From IMG/VR virus record IMGVR_UViG_3300023082_000012, positions 1 to 54,294 of that record: a stretch of 54,294 nucleotides of DNA; one strand, given 5' to 3'. Of the stretch, positions 28,445 to 39,421 are shown one piece after another; position 1 is the stretch's first letter, and each line of letters opens with the position of its first letter. A program made the translations under genes and the position numbers. This DNA comes from a virus (lineage: Duplodnaviria; Caudoviricetes). Under the pieces are notes generated by a model. It made no database searches and was not told where the DNA came from. It saw nothing but the letters and a program-made list of their open reading frames with translations.

Positions 28445-30958
28445 ATGGTAAGTAAATACCAAGAAGGGGGGGTATCGCAACCCGATCCAAGGAAACCCAT
28501 AGATTGGGCAAGGTACAGGGATCCAAACTTTTTTCAAAATCCCGCCTTGTACAGTATACCCCCACAGGATTTGGTGAACATAGTAAGGACTAACGATTCC
28601 TTACGGGTGGACCAAGACTATTTTATACAGAATTACAACAGATATAAAGACCAGTATAACAAACAGAATCCCACATTGTTCAGGACAAATTCTATGTCAC
28701 GGGACAAGCAATCATACCTGACGGGATATACCGGAATGGATTTTACGAAACTTGCCACAGATAACGTGGTTACCAGAGAGAACGGTGGAAGGATATTTCA
28801 GATGGGTGGGACTTCAAACGGAACGGGGCAGACAACATCAGAGAAAAAACAAGGCTACACCCCAACCATACCCGAAGTGGTATCGGGCGCATTCCTTACG
28901 GGGGTGGATCCAAAACAGGGAATGGAGCCCAATGCGGAGCTGGAACATGGTGAACAGGTAAGGTTTCCTGACGGCAGTATTGCCAAAGTTTTGGGGGAAA
29001 GCCATAAAAACGGCGGGGTGAACCTTATCCTGCCCGATATGACCGAAGTCCTGTCCAACACCAAGGACTTGACTTTGACCCGTGCCGACATAAAAATGTT
29101 GGAGAAAGAATATGGACTTAAAAACCTTACCACCAAGGATACCTATTCCAAGGCGGTAGATAAGTACGCCCGTAAGACAGGGTATAATAAAAACTTACAG
29201 GAGGAACTTGATATATTGGAAAAGATTGCCGACGTAACAAAAAAATCTATGTCCGAAGGCTCCTCCCAAGTAAACAATGCCTACATGGCAGAAAAATACC
29301 GTAAGAATCAGGAGGCAAGAAAACCTTTGCAGGATATGTTGTCCAATTTTTACACCAAGGTGTTTGACAGACAGCAGGCACAAAAGCAGTCCAACGGTAT
29401 GGAGACCGAAGAGCAGTTAGCCCAACAGGGAGAAGCCCCATACAACGCGGACATAGCTTCTGACCTTACGCAAGAGGAGGTTTTTGAACTTGGGGGTACT
29501 TATGGTTTCGTAAAAGGACAGGCTTCAAAATATGGCAAGACCGAACGTGAGGTCTATAATTTTCTGAAGGACGGGGGACACATAAAAAAACGTGTTTATG
29601 AAACAGGAGGCCCCACCGGAGGAATCTACACCATATCTAAAAATAAAAATGTAAATTCAGAAAGGGACAGGCCAAAACTACAACCGGAAGTTGCACAAGG
29701 CTACGGAAGCGTTTCAAGTGCCGAGGATGCACTGACCGAGCTGTACAAAAACTTTCCCCTCATATTCAACAAGGAAGAATACAAGAAATATTTTACCATA
29801 GAGGATGGAGCCGTAAAACTTAAGCCTAACGTAAACCCCAAGGAGAAAACTTTATACAGCCAATTACAGAAGGACATGGACGGGCAGATGCGTTCCACGG
29901 CCCAATATATAATTGACGACAAGACCAACAGGTTTGGGGAGGAAGATAAAAAAACAGCCCAACAGTATCTTGAAAACGAAACCTTTGCCACGGGAAAGGA
30001 TGCAAGGGAATTTGACTCCAAGTTGGGAAACTTTACTTCGGGCAGGTTCTCATTAAGGACAAACCTTGTCACACCTAAAGAACAAGAGTTACTAAATGAC
30101 CAAGGCATATTCACCTATAAACAGCTACAAAATTCTGACGTAGAATTATCGGAAGCTACCAAGGAACGCATTAAAAACTTTTCCGAAGGTATTCCCAACA
30201 ACGCCGACTTTGGTATTGATACCTATACACCTGTTGGTACTCCAGCATCAGAACAAAAAGCTGCCGAAGAAGCACAAGGCACACCCGTAAACGAAAACGG
30301 ACTAACACCAACAGACCCAAGGACAAGAGGAAACCGCATGTTCCAGATGCCCGACCAAAGGTATTTACCACCGTTGGCATTACAGGCTGAGAGTCTTTAC
30401 ACTTCCGAACTGGGCAGGATTGATCCCATAAAAATCGGAATAGAGGACACCCTAAAACAGAATTCCGACAACCTACAATTTATAGCGGGGCAGGTGCAGA
30501 ACCTACCACCTTCACAGGCCGCTTCGGTGATGGCCGCCGCCATAGCACAGAACCAGAAATCTGAAGGACAGGCCATAACGGCTGCAAACACCTATAACGC
30601 ACAGGCTGAGGCACAGGCTGAAATGTTTAACATAGGGCAGTCCGACAGGGAAACCACGGGTAACCAGGCCGCAAGGTTGAACTATGAGCAACGTGCATTG
30701 TTGGGACTTTCAAAAACCGACCAAGACATACGTAACTGGTACAACGCCAACAGGGAAGTGCTGATTAACAATTTTCAAGAGCAGCAGTACATGAATACCA
30801 TGAACAATCTCTTCCCTAAATTCGCGATTGACCCGACAGCCACGGGAACCTATTTTGATCCGCTCACAAATACCTACGTGTACAGGTCCAACTCAGAATA
30901 TCAGTCGGCGGTGTCCTTGACGAACCAACCAAAGACGGCAACAAAGGCAACGACTTAA
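28445..30958 (+). CDS. Cargo/ejection protein (crAss cargo protein 1-like)
   Basis: PNAELEHGEQV...GESHKNGGV motif, repeated xxGG motifs and a Q/A-rich C-terminus. Confidence 0.65.
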   Translation: MVSKYQEGGVSQPDPRKPIDWARYRDPNFFQNPALYSIPPQDLVNIVRTNDSLRVDQDYFIQNYNRYKDQYNKQNPTLFRTNSMSRDKQSYLTGYTGMDFTKLATDNVVTRENGGRIFQMGGTSNGTGQTTSEKKQGYTPTIPEVVSGAFLTGVDPKQGMEPNAELEHGEQVRFPDGSIAKVLGESHKNGGVNLILPDMTEVLSNTKDLTLTRADIKMLEKEYGLKNLTTKDTYSKAVDKYARKTGYNKNLQEELDILEKIADVTKKSMSEGSSQVNNAYMAEKYRKNQEARKPLQDMLSNFYTKVFDRQQAQKQSNGMETEEQLAQQGEAPYNADIASDLTQEEVFELGGTYGFVKGQASKYGKTEREVYNFLKDGGHIKKRVYETGGPTGGIYTISKNKNVNSERDRPKLQPEVAQGYGSVSSAEDALTELYKNFPLIFNKEEYKKYFTIEDGAVKLKPNVNPKEKTLYSQLQKDMDGQMRSTAQYIIDDKTNRFGEEDKKTAQQYLENETFATGKDAREFDSKLGNFTSGRFSLRTNLVTPKEQELLNDQGIFTYKQLQNSDVELSEATKERIKNFSEGIPNNADFGIDTYTPVGTPASEQKAAEEAQGTPVNENGLTPTDPRTRGNRMFQMPDQRYLPPLALQAESLYTSELGRIDPIKIGIEDTLKQNSDNLQFIAGQVQNLPPSQAASVMAAAIAQNQKSEGQAITAANTYNAQAEAQAEMFNIGQSDRETTGNQAARLNYEQRALLGLSKTDQDIRNWYNANREVLINNFQEQQYMNTMNNLFPKFAIDPTATGTYFDPLTNTYVYRSNSEYQSAVSLTNQPKTATKATT

Positions 30959-31006
30959 AGTTAAGTTAAATATTTGGTTAATCAGTTTTATCAAATTAAT
31001 TTTGTG

Positions 31007-31038
31007 AAAGCGGCAATTCAGTAATGGGTTGTCGCTTT
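31007..31038 (+). terminator. 14-bp hairpin with GTAA loop (probable terminator)
   Basis: AAAGCGGCAATTCA-GTAA-TGGGTTGTCGCTTT, including three G-U pairs. Confidence 0.7.
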
Positions 31039-31059
31039 GTTGTGTAAAATCCTATTATT

Positions 31060-31090
31060 TTTGTTGTTAAGTCTTTATAACCTAAATTTG
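31060..31090 (+). promoter_or_regulatory. Bacteroidota promoter TTTG-N19-TAAATTTG
   Basis: Full consensus upstream of the ATG at 31122. Confidence 0.65.
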
Positions 31091-31121
31091 CATTATATAA
31101 AGCAAAAAATAGGTATAGCTT

Positions 31122-34019
31122 ATGGCAAGTAGCGTCAGTATCGCGAACAATTATAATGGTTCAACGTTTAAATTCACCAACAAAGATTTGTTACTCAAGT
31201 CTTTGATGATGAAACAGGGACAATATGACACTAACGTGGCAAGATTGCAGAACGCCGTAGACCAGATTGCCGTATTTGACGTGGCAAAGCAGCAGGATCA
31301 GGATTATATCAACCAACGCCTTGACCAGACTTTGTCCATTGTAAATAAATACACGAACCAGTATGATATGTCCGACCCCAACCTTTCCACACAGCTTATA
31401 GGCAAAATGGAAGAAGTAGTGGATGACAAGGTACTGAACGCGGTAAGTTCGACGGCCATAAGAAGAAGGGAAGAATCCACTTGGAAGGCCGCAAGGGAAA
31501 AGAATGACGGAACCTATAGTGACCTAAACTTTATGTACCAAAAACAGAATTGGGATTCTTACCTTAATAACGACAAGGTCGGTGATGTTTACTCAGGTAA
31601 CGGAGGTTTCGTGAAATATGTGGACGTAAACAAGATCTACACAAGCAAAGAGTTTACCCAATATCTGAAAGATAACAACATAAACGCGGAATATATCCAA
31701 TCGGGAGAGGGAACCGGCTACTTTAACCGTATCAACACAATGAACGGAACCATGGATGAACAAAGGTTGCAGCAGGCCATACAGGCGTTTGGGGGTCAGG
31801 AAGCATCCAGACAGATTGGCATAAATGCTTGGGGCCAATATGGAAACGGTGATAACCCAGAGGCAGTCGAAAGGTTTAGGGTGGATTATGAAACTTACAG
31901 GACCGACAAACTTAACGGAGGCAAGGAAAGACTTTCGGCCATAGATAAATTGATGTCCGACCCCAATACACCCCAAGGCAGTAAAGTCCGTCTACAGGCA
32001 GAAAAAGAATCAATCCAGAAGGGTGTGTCGACCTTATCCGACAACAGTTTTGAAAATGTCGTCATGAGGGGAACGGAGCCCGACAAGGCTGCCTACAAAA
32101 ACCTTTACACACAATACTATGCAAACAAAACCAATGAGGACCTGTTTGCCCTAAGTTATACTACCCCTTACGTAACGGATACCCAGATAGACGATGTCCA
32201 ATACAAGACAAAGCTTTTTGAACTTAATGAAAAGGAATTTGCCCTATCCCAACAAAAATTCCAGTTGGATGTATTGAGGGAGCAAAGGCTTTCGGGCCTA
32301 AATCCAGATGGCACGACCACGACCTCTACGGCAAATGTCATCCAAGACGTGGCAAGGACGGGAGGCGCGGGTGAAGACGGAAACCTAAGCGACAAACAGG
32401 TTTTCGAGGCTGCCGCAAAGGAGTGGACTGATGCACAGGCTTCCGTGAGAAATTATGTGCCGGAAGGGCTTACGGACTCGGAAATGAACCAGTTGATGAC
32501 CACTTTGACCACTTCGGAAGATCCTTTCGGAGGTAATTCCACGATAAGGGTAGGTAATAAGGAAATTCCCGTAAACCCTTCGACCATATCCTCCCTGTTA
32601 AGGCTAAAGAATACCGCGATGGGCGAGGGAGGTTTGACCAAGGTCACAAGTGATTTCTTGGCCGGGGAGGCGTTGGATAAATCTTTGGACGTAACAATAG
32701 GATCAATGTATAACGTACCTGAAGTAGAGTACAACGCTTCAAAGACAAGCAATTTCTATTATAAGCCCATAGGAAACGGTCAATATGAATTTACTACGGG
32801 AGCCATGCCTGGTATGGAGAAAGAAGGAGCAAAAAGTAATTATGAATACCTTCTCAAAAAAGCAAAAATTTTAGGTAAAGATAGATTGTTGCCTGAAGAG
32901 GCAGGAACATTATTAGCTTATCAGTCACAACAACTATTGGTAAATGATGAATCCTTACAAGATTTTGACAAAAAAGCATTATACCAAGGTTTTTTGCAAC
33001 GAACAAAAAATCTGTTGGGAACAAAAGCTGCCAACACAACTCCCACATATACAAGTGCCATAAGTACAGGATATTCCTCCCCGATTAGAGAGTATGATAA
33101 CCTTAATTCTACAAGATTTATTAATTATTCCACAGGAAGTATAGGTAACGTAATAGGAAAAGAAAGTTTTTTTGAATCGACTTCAGGTGCTATTTTTGGG
33201 GACAACGTAAACTCCACCTTGGTACACAAAGAAAATAAGAAGCTGTTGGATGAAACAAGAAAAAATATAGTCGACAATATAGCCGTACAAAGCAAGAGGG
33301 GTATAAAAATAGTTTCGGGCGGGGCTGAAGCGGAGCAGTTAAAAAAAATATTACCCAACGTGGCATCCACTTACAAAGGCGACTTCTCCATAGAAAGATC
33401 GGACTCGGATCCAAATCTGGTTAACGTCTTCAAGGTTTACGAGGATAACGTGAAGGATGAAAACAAAAACACCGTCACGAAAACTTTTAAGGAGCCGTTA
33501 TTGGGGGAAGATGGAAAGACGCAGGTAAGCATACCCGTATCAACACTTCCAAAAACCATAAACCTGGCCCCCACCGAAAAGACGCCTTGGGACGTGACAT
33601 CACCAAATCCACAGATATTATCCTTGGGAAAATCGGCTTACCTTAAAGGATCTGCCGGCGACATAACAAACGTAAAGGTTTCGGATGCCGCCTCAAGCCT
33701 TTATGATAACATGAGCCGAAGTATCCTGACAGGAAAAACAAACCTTAATGAAGCTCAACGAAACGCCCTAAAGGCTGACGTGGACAAAAAGATAGCGGAT
33801 TATAAGGCGGGTCAGGTAGAGTTCAATCTGGCCCCAATCAATAACCAGTCCACTTATGGGGTAGTGGTAAAATTGTCGGACGGTCTGACGGTACCGGTAC
33901 AGGACACAAAACTAAAAAGATTGCAATACGAAGACGTTGCGATGTATTACAATAATTTACAGGGAAACAAGGAACAACTGTTTGCCAATTATCTCAGGAA
34001 TTATATAGACGCATGGTAG
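31122..34019 (+). CDS. Large cargo/ejection protein (965 aa)
   Basis: LMMKQGQYD-type helical N-terminus, located in the giant-protein cluster. Confidence 0.6.
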   Translation: MASSVSIANNYNGSTFKFTNKDLLLKSLMMKQGQYDTNVARLQNAVDQIAVFDVAKQQDQDYINQRLDQTLSIVNKYTNQYDMSDPNLSTQLIGKMEEVVDDKVLNAVSSTAIRRREESTWKAAREKNDGTYSDLNFMYQKQNWDSYLNNDKVGDVYSGNGGFVKYVDVNKIYTSKEFTQYLKDNNINAEYIQSGEGTGYFNRINTMNGTMDEQRLQQAIQAFGGQEASRQIGINAWGQYGNGDNPEAVERFRVDYETYRTDKLNGGKERLSAIDKLMSDPNTPQGSKVRLQAEKESIQKGVSTLSDNSFENVVMRGTEPDKAAYKNLYTQYYANKTNEDLFALSYTTPYVTDTQIDDVQYKTKLFELNEKEFALSQQKFQLDVLREQRLSGLNPDGTTTTSTANVIQDVARTGGAGEDGNLSDKQVFEAAAKEWTDAQASVRNYVPEGLTDSEMNQLMTTLTTSEDPFGGNSTIRVGNKEIPVNPSTISSLLRLKNTAMGEGGLTKVTSDFLAGEALDKSLDVTIGSMYNVPEVEYNASKTSNFYYKPIGNGQYEFTTGAMPGMEKEGAKSNYEYLLKKAKILGKDRLLPEEAGTLLAYQSQQLLVNDESLQDFDKKALYQGFLQRTKNLLGTKAANTTPTYTSAISTGYSSPIREYDNLNSTRFINYSTGSIGNVIGKESFFESTSGAIFGDNVNSTLVHKENKKLLDETRKNIVDNIAVQSKRGIKIVSGGAEAEQLKKILPNVASTYKGDFSIERSDSDPNLVNVFKVYEDNVKDENKNTVTKTFKEPLLGEDGKTQVSIPVSTLPKTINLAPTEKTPWDVTSPNPQILSLGKSAYLKGSAGDITNVKVSDAASSLYDNMSRSILTGKTNLNEAQRNALKADVDKKIADYKAGQVEFNLAPINNQSTYGVVVKLSDGLTVPVQDTKLKRLQYEDVAMYYNNLQGNKEQLFANYLRNYIDAW

Positions 34020-37000
34020 AAAACGTAGGACAGATAAAGAACGAAATACTAGCCAAAAAGGAATCGACGGCTGCACAAGCCAATTTTGACTCTCAGATAG
34101 CAGGGTTGGGTAACCTTCCCACGTTTGAACCACGCATGCAGGACATCAACTACGATGTCAGGATGGGTGACGTTTATGACGTAAACAACGAAGGACTTGC
34201 CACCCCTAAATTCAAGGATTATTATGGGGCCACCGGAAATGAGGACAGGCTTGCACAGGAACAATCCTCTTGGGACAAGATAGCAAACGGTCTCACAAAA
34301 TCCGTGGCAAAAACGGGAATATATGCGGCTGACAGCATAAATATGTTCACCTATGGACTCTACTCTGCCGTAAAGGATGGAAAGATGAGCTCGCTATGGG
34401 ATAATTCCGTTTCAAACGTCTTGGACGATTACGCGAAAGATTTGGACAGGGAATTGCCCAATTATTATAATGCCGAGGAGCAGTCAAACAATTTTCTTGA
34501 AAATCTTGGTACGGTAAACTTTTGGGCAAACGATTTCACTGGCGGTATGGCATTTGTGGCGGGAGCCCTTTTACCCGAAGCTGCCCTAGGATATTTTACG
34601 GGCGGATACAGTGTCGGTGCAAGCATAGGTAAATGGAGCGCGAGGGCAGGGGCTTCGTTGACCAAAGCCCATTCAAGAAAATTAGGAATGGCGGCCCTGC
34701 GTGAAGGGGCACGTTACGGTAGGACGGCGGGAGAGCTCATAAACACGGGAAGGTTCGTTGCACAGACCACGTTCTTTGAGGCGGGGATGGAAGCCAGACA
34801 TAATTTCCACGATAACGTAGAAAATTTTGGTAACGAGTTCTACGCGGAAAACGGCAGGATACCCACCACGGAAGAATTGGGTAAATACATGGAAGGCGCA
34901 AAAGCATCCTCCGATGCCGTGTTCCTTTCAAATGCAGCCCTTTTGTCCGTAACCAACGCGGCCATGTTTGGAAAGGCTTTTGGATTGTCGGGTTTCAAGA
35001 ATCCCCTATCAAAGGAATTTAACAAGGCACTGGGACTTGGCGTAACTACGGGAGAAAAAGGCACCTTGGCAGCACTGAATCCGACAAAACTTCAGAAAGT
35101 ATTGGGAAATGCTTACTACATAGGAAGAAAACCTCTTTCGGAAGGTATAATAGAAGAAGGCGGACAAGGCGTGATTTCAAAGATCAGCACACAATATGCC
35201 GATTCAAAATATAAGGATGACAGTTCATTCCAGTTTATGTCAAGCCTTGGTGAGGCAATACAGGAACAATACGCCACCAAGGAAGGGTGGAAGGAGATAG
35301 GCATAGGTATGTTGGTGGGTGCCCTGGGAGGAAACGTCGGAGGAAACTTCGGGATAGAGGGTGTCATAGGTAATACCGAAACTTATGGCAAGACCAGAAA
35401 AAATATAGCCAACACCATAGAGACCAGCAACAAGTTCAACAACTCGTTCAGAAACATGAACCGTGCCAATTCCGTAATGAATACACAAGAGGACGGAACG
35501 GAGGCAACCCTGTATCAAGATACGGTTTCAAGTTACAACTACATAATGGCCAACAGGTCTTTGATGGATTACACGGATCTGGAAGCCAACTATGACACAA
35601 TGGTCGATAGCCTGGACATATCCGAAGACCAAATGCAGGAAATTGGTTTTAAGGGAGACATGGAGACCTACAAGGCAAAACTAAAAACAGATTTCAGGAA
35701 AGATTACGATTCTTACTCCAAGGCAAGGGATTTGGTGGAAGACTTGGGCATCCCTTCAAAGGTAGAACTGACTAAAGGTCAATACCTTGAATTGGGGGAT
35801 TCTTTGACGGCCACGTTCATGATGGCGGAGCGTTCTTCCCAAGAATCGGGTGCCATAGCGGAAAATATTGAATCGGTAGTGGGTGAAACGGGCCTTTATA
35901 GTGCCATGAAATTCATAGCCGACATGAATACCACACAGGAGGCATCCGTGGCCCGATTGGAAACAGAAAAGGAAAATCAGGCAAGGTTACAGGAAGAAAT
36001 AGTAAACATCCAATCCCAGATAGAAACGGCCAAAGCCGGCACCACCGAAGATTCAACCCAAAGGGCCAAGGAACTTTCCAAAAAATATGTGGTGGCCACG
36101 CAGCAGATGGCCAAACTTGAAAAAAACAGGCAAGTAATAGAGACTTCCCTAAACGAGCAGGTAAAAAGCCTTAACACGGGTCTGTCATTGGAAGGCAACC
36201 CCACTTTTGAAAACATTGACACGGTCCTTGAAAAAGTAAATTCCGTAAGGGCTTACGTGGATGCCCTAGGCAAGGCAGGCAAGACAAAAGAAGCTGCCGA
36301 ACTGAACAGGAAAATAGACCAGTTTGACATAATGGTGGGAGCACAGCTTGAAGGAGAGAACACCATAAGAAGAATGATGTCCTCGAACTACTTCAGTTCC
36401 AACGAAGGTAAAGGATTGTTATCTTCGATACTAGGCTCCGAATACACACCTTCCGAAGAGTTCCTAAAAGAACTGCGTGAAAACGAGACACAGGTGTTGG
36501 AAATATTCAACAGATTGGGAATGCCGGTAGGCAGTGTGGATGAATTGGTGAACGATTACATAAAAGCGAACCCCGAAGTTTCTGAGAGGGAGAAATTTAA
36601 GGTTGAGAGTGTCTTGAGAACAATCCTTGCCGCTGGAAGGGTTCAGGGTACAGTAGATGTTTTGACTAGGGATTACGTGACAAACCTGACCGCCATAGAA
36701 GAAGTAGGTACAATGACCGACACTTCCATAACGGCTCCCAACATCAAAGGTGACACAGTAAACTTATTAATAACCACGGAAGCCCGGGAAGTCACCAATG
36801 TTGAAACATTATCCAAGCTTATCAACGAAATAGGTATGCAAATTGACTCGTTGACCAGCAAACCTACGGCGGAAGCATTGGATGAAATCAATGGACTAAG
36901 ACAAAGGTTAAATACATTAAACGAAGAGTTAAACACTTTAAAATCAAGTACAGATGAGCCCCTTTCGCAGCAAAGCACAGCAGAAATATCTGTGGGCGAA

Positions 37001-39421
37001 CAACCCCAAAATAGCCAAGGAATTTCAGAAGGAAACCCCCAAGAACAAGAAATTACCCAACAAGGTGAAGCAACCGAAGAAGAAATAACTTCACAAATTC
37101 AACCACCTACGACAGAACTTTCAGTAGAAGAAAAAGAGACTTTGGTTGACAGTATTTTTGATGAAACAGATTTCATAACTGACAACATACAGCTTCTTGA
37201 GGAAGCCTTACAGGAAGAACTACAAAGGGAGACAGTAGATGAACCTTACGTATCGCAATTAGAATTTGAAATACAGAATTTAAGAAATGAACAAGCAGAC
37301 GGAAGAAATAATGTCACAGTGGATGACGGAACGGCAGTTGGACCAAATGAAAGGGCTGCCCAAGGAGAAACAGTGGCAAATATTGAACAAGCTCCGGATT
37401 TTGTCGAACAGCCCACATTTGACAAGGCTGCTAGGACGCAGGAGATTGAAGGAGAAATTGCCGAAATAGAAAAAGAGATAACGGAACTTGAAAAACCGTT
37501 TCAATTCACGGATAGCCCGACCTACAGAAAGTATCAGACACTCCTTACAAAAGAAGCTTCCGACACACCACTGACCGACGAAGAGCAGATATTGAAGGAG
37601 CAGTACAGACGCGACATAGACAACTGGATGTGGATAATGGGTATAGAAACGGGAGGTTTCAGTTTTTCCGACCTGATAACCCAGTTGGTCACCCTGAAGA
37701 CGACCCCCATAGAAAACGTGGTGGCCACGGAAGAATTTTCGGAGGCCCAGTTGGACAGGGATTTGGCCGCAGTGGACAAAAACAACCAACAAAACCTTAC
37801 CACGGGCTTGAACTTCAATGCCGTGACTAGTATAAGGAAAGAAGTTGACGGAGTTGTCTATACACAGGTGTCAAACATTTCCCCCGAAGAACTATCCCTT
37901 TCATCAGGAATAAACGTCATGTCCTTGGAAGGTGTCTACATGGTTCCCGTGACTAGGGCCATAATGTTACCCCAAGCCGCAGTGGAGTCCATAAATTCCG
38001 CAGGCAGGGTAAATATCTCAAATGCCGCCACCGAAGCAGGCAGCAGATACAACATCGTGACGACCGTCATAACAAATTTGGACGGTTCACAGTTCTTCAT
38101 ACCAATGGAGTCGGATTACGAAAAAGAGTATCAGGAAGCCATGGTGGACGACGGGGCCGTATACGAAACAAGAAACGGACAATCGGTGAGGATAGCCATA
38201 GACCCCAACGATCCATGGAACCAAGCTTTACTGCAACGGGTAGCACAGGAAACGGGTGCAAGGAGAAAACCTACCGAAAAGGAGATAGAGGAAGAAACTG
38301 CCGTAATGTTGGCCGAGACCATGAGAACCGACGGTACCATAACAAGGCTCCAACAGACCGTGATGTCAGGTAAGACCAGGGAAATAAGGGACAGGGCCTC
38401 GGAAAAACTCTTTGACAGGGTAAACGTGATGAAGGAACGCATCAGGGAAAAACTTTCCAGAAGCCCCAAAACGGGCAGAAAAATATCCCAGACATTAAAG
38501 GACAGCCTAAACAAGGGCCTAAAGATAATGGTTACCGACCCACAGGGAAGAAACATTTCCGTAATGAAAGGTTTAAGGGAAGTGGGAATGAGTGAAGCCA
38601 AGGCACTGAAACAATTGGAGGCTTTCAGGGCCGTATACGCAAACGACATAGATTTATTGGTCGATCTGGTGGAAACGGGAATACCCTTTGAGGCCGAATC
38701 CGTATTGAAAGTGGAGAAAGTCTACATGGGCCATCCAAACTTCAACCTACAGGGAGACGGTAGCACGATGCTGAGGGTCTCGAAACCCATAACGGCAGAA
38801 ATGGTTGACAACATATCGGACACGGGATACATACAGAACGGTAAAGTCTTTGCCAGGGGCGACGCTTCAAAGATTGACCAGACGTTCATACAAAGCCAGA
38901 TTAACAACAAGACGTCCAAAAAAATACCCATAGTGGTATTGAACGTGGGCGGGCGTAGGATAGCTTGGCCTGTCAGGGTGGCACAGGAGACCGTTCCGGT
39001 GGATATAGCCCAGATGACGGACATTTTCAACAGTGAACTTACTCCCACGGAAAAAGCCAATAAACTTAACCCCATAATGGCACAGGCCGGCATAGATATA
39101 AAGATACCTGGCAACGCTTTCATGGTGGTGCAAAACAATAACCTGAGCCCTGAATTTTTTCAACAGAAAGTTGCACAGATACAAAACAATGTTTATCTTC
39201 GCAGCGTGGACGATTTCATAGACAAAAAGAAGACGTTACAGGAAATCCTTCTTAACAACGCTTCCATAAACATCAACTTGTCAAGACCGTTTATCTCTCC
39301 AAAGATAAAATTTGATATGTCGGGTGTTCAGGTGACCATGGAAAACGATGGCAAAAAAGAAAAATCAAAAAGCGATAGCCTGCATAAGGTTTCAAACTTA
39401 AAAAGAGATGTATGCGAATAA
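34013..39421 (+). CDS. Giant cargo/ejection protein with N-terminal hydrophobic helices (1802 aa)
   Basis: LAQEQSSWDKIANG, EAGMEAR and EGIIEEGGQ motifs, several Gly/Ala hydrophobic helices, coiled coils and an acidic linker. Confidence 0.65.
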   Translation: MVENVGQIKNEILAKKESTAAQANFDSQIAGLGNLPTFEPRMQDINYDVRMGDVYDVNNEGLATPKFKDYYGATGNEDRLAQEQSSWDKIANGLTKSVAKTGIYAADSINMFTYGLYSAVKDGKMSSLWDNSVSNVLDDYAKDLDRELPNYYNAEEQSNNFLENLGTVNFWANDFTGGMAFVAGALLPEAALGYFTGGYSVGASIGKWSARAGASLTKAHSRKLGMAALREGARYGRTAGELINTGRFVAQTTFFEAGMEARHNFHDNVENFGNEFYAENGRIPTTEELGKYMEGAKASSDAVFLSNAALLSVTNAAMFGKAFGLSGFKNPLSKEFNKALGLGVTTGEKGTLAALNPTKLQKVLGNAYYIGRKPLSEGIIEEGGQGVISKISTQYADSKYKDDSSFQFMSSLGEAIQEQYATKEGWKEIGIGMLVGALGGNVGGNFGIEGVIGNTETYGKTRKNIANTIETSNKFNNSFRNMNRANSVMNTQEDGTEATLYQDTVSSYNYIMANRSLMDYTDLEANYDTMVDSLDISEDQMQEIGFKGDMETYKAKLKTDFRKDYDSYSKARDLVEDLGIPSKVELTKGQYLELGDSLTATFMMAERSSQESGAIAENIESVVGETGLYSAMKFIADMNTTQEASVARLETEKENQARLQEEIVNIQSQIETAKAGTTEDSTQRAKELSKKYVVATQQMAKLEKNRQVIETSLNEQVKSLNTGLSLEGNPTFENIDTVLEKVNSVRAYVDALGKAGKTKEAAELNRKIDQFDIMVGAQLEGENTIRRMMSSNYFSSNEGKGLLSSILGSEYTPSEEFLKELRENETQVLEIFNRLGMPVGSVDELVNDYIKANPEVSEREKFKVESVLRTILAAGRVQGTVDVLTRDYVTNLTAIEEVGTMTDTSITAPNIKGDTVNLLITTEAREVTNVETLSKLINEIGMQIDSLTSKPTAEALDEINGLRQRLNTLNEELNTLKSSTDEPLSQQSTAEISVGEQPQNSQGISEGNPQEQEITQQGEATEEEITSQIQPPTTELSVEEKETLVDSIFDETDFITDNIQLLEEALQEELQRETVDEPYVSQLEFEIQNLRNEQADGRNNVTVDDGTAVGPNERAAQGETVANIEQAPDFVEQPTFDKAARTQEIEGEIAEIEKEITELEKPFQFTDSPTYRKYQTLLTKEASDTPLTDEEQILKEQYRRDIDNWMWIMGIETGGFSFSDLITQLVTLKTTPIENVVATEEFSEAQLDRDLAAVDKNNQQNLTTGLNFNAVTSIRKEVDGVVYTQVSNISPEELSLSSGINVMSLEGVYMVPVTRAIMLPQAAVESINSAGRVNISNAATEAGSRYNIVTTVITNLDGSQFFIPMESDYEKEYQEAMVDDGAVYETRNGQSVRIAIDPNDPWNQALLQRVAQETGARRKPTEKEIEEETAVMLAETMRTDGTITRLQQTVMSGKTREIRDRASEKLFDRVNVMKERIREKLSRSPKTGRKISQTLKDSLNKGLKIMVTDPQGRNISVMKGLREVGMSEAKALKQLEAFRAVYANDIDLLVDLVETGIPFEAESVLKVEKVYMGHPNFNLQGDGSTMLRVSKPITAEMVDNISDTGYIQNGKVFARGDASKIDQTFIQSQINNKTSKKIPIVVLNVGGRRIAWPVRVAQETVPVDIAQMTDIFNSELTPTEKANKLNPIMAQAGIDIKIPGNAFMVVQNNNLSPEFFQQKVAQIQNNVYLRSVDDFIDKKKTLQEILLNNASININLSRPFISPKIKFDMSGVQVTMENDGKKEKSKSDSLHKVSNLKRDVCE

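Noticed and set aside
36940-37470. Acidic Q/E-rich stretch, with a nested 60-aa ORF, as a separate element
   Set aside because: It is in frame with the 1802-aa protein and best read as a disordered linker. The nested ORF has no support.
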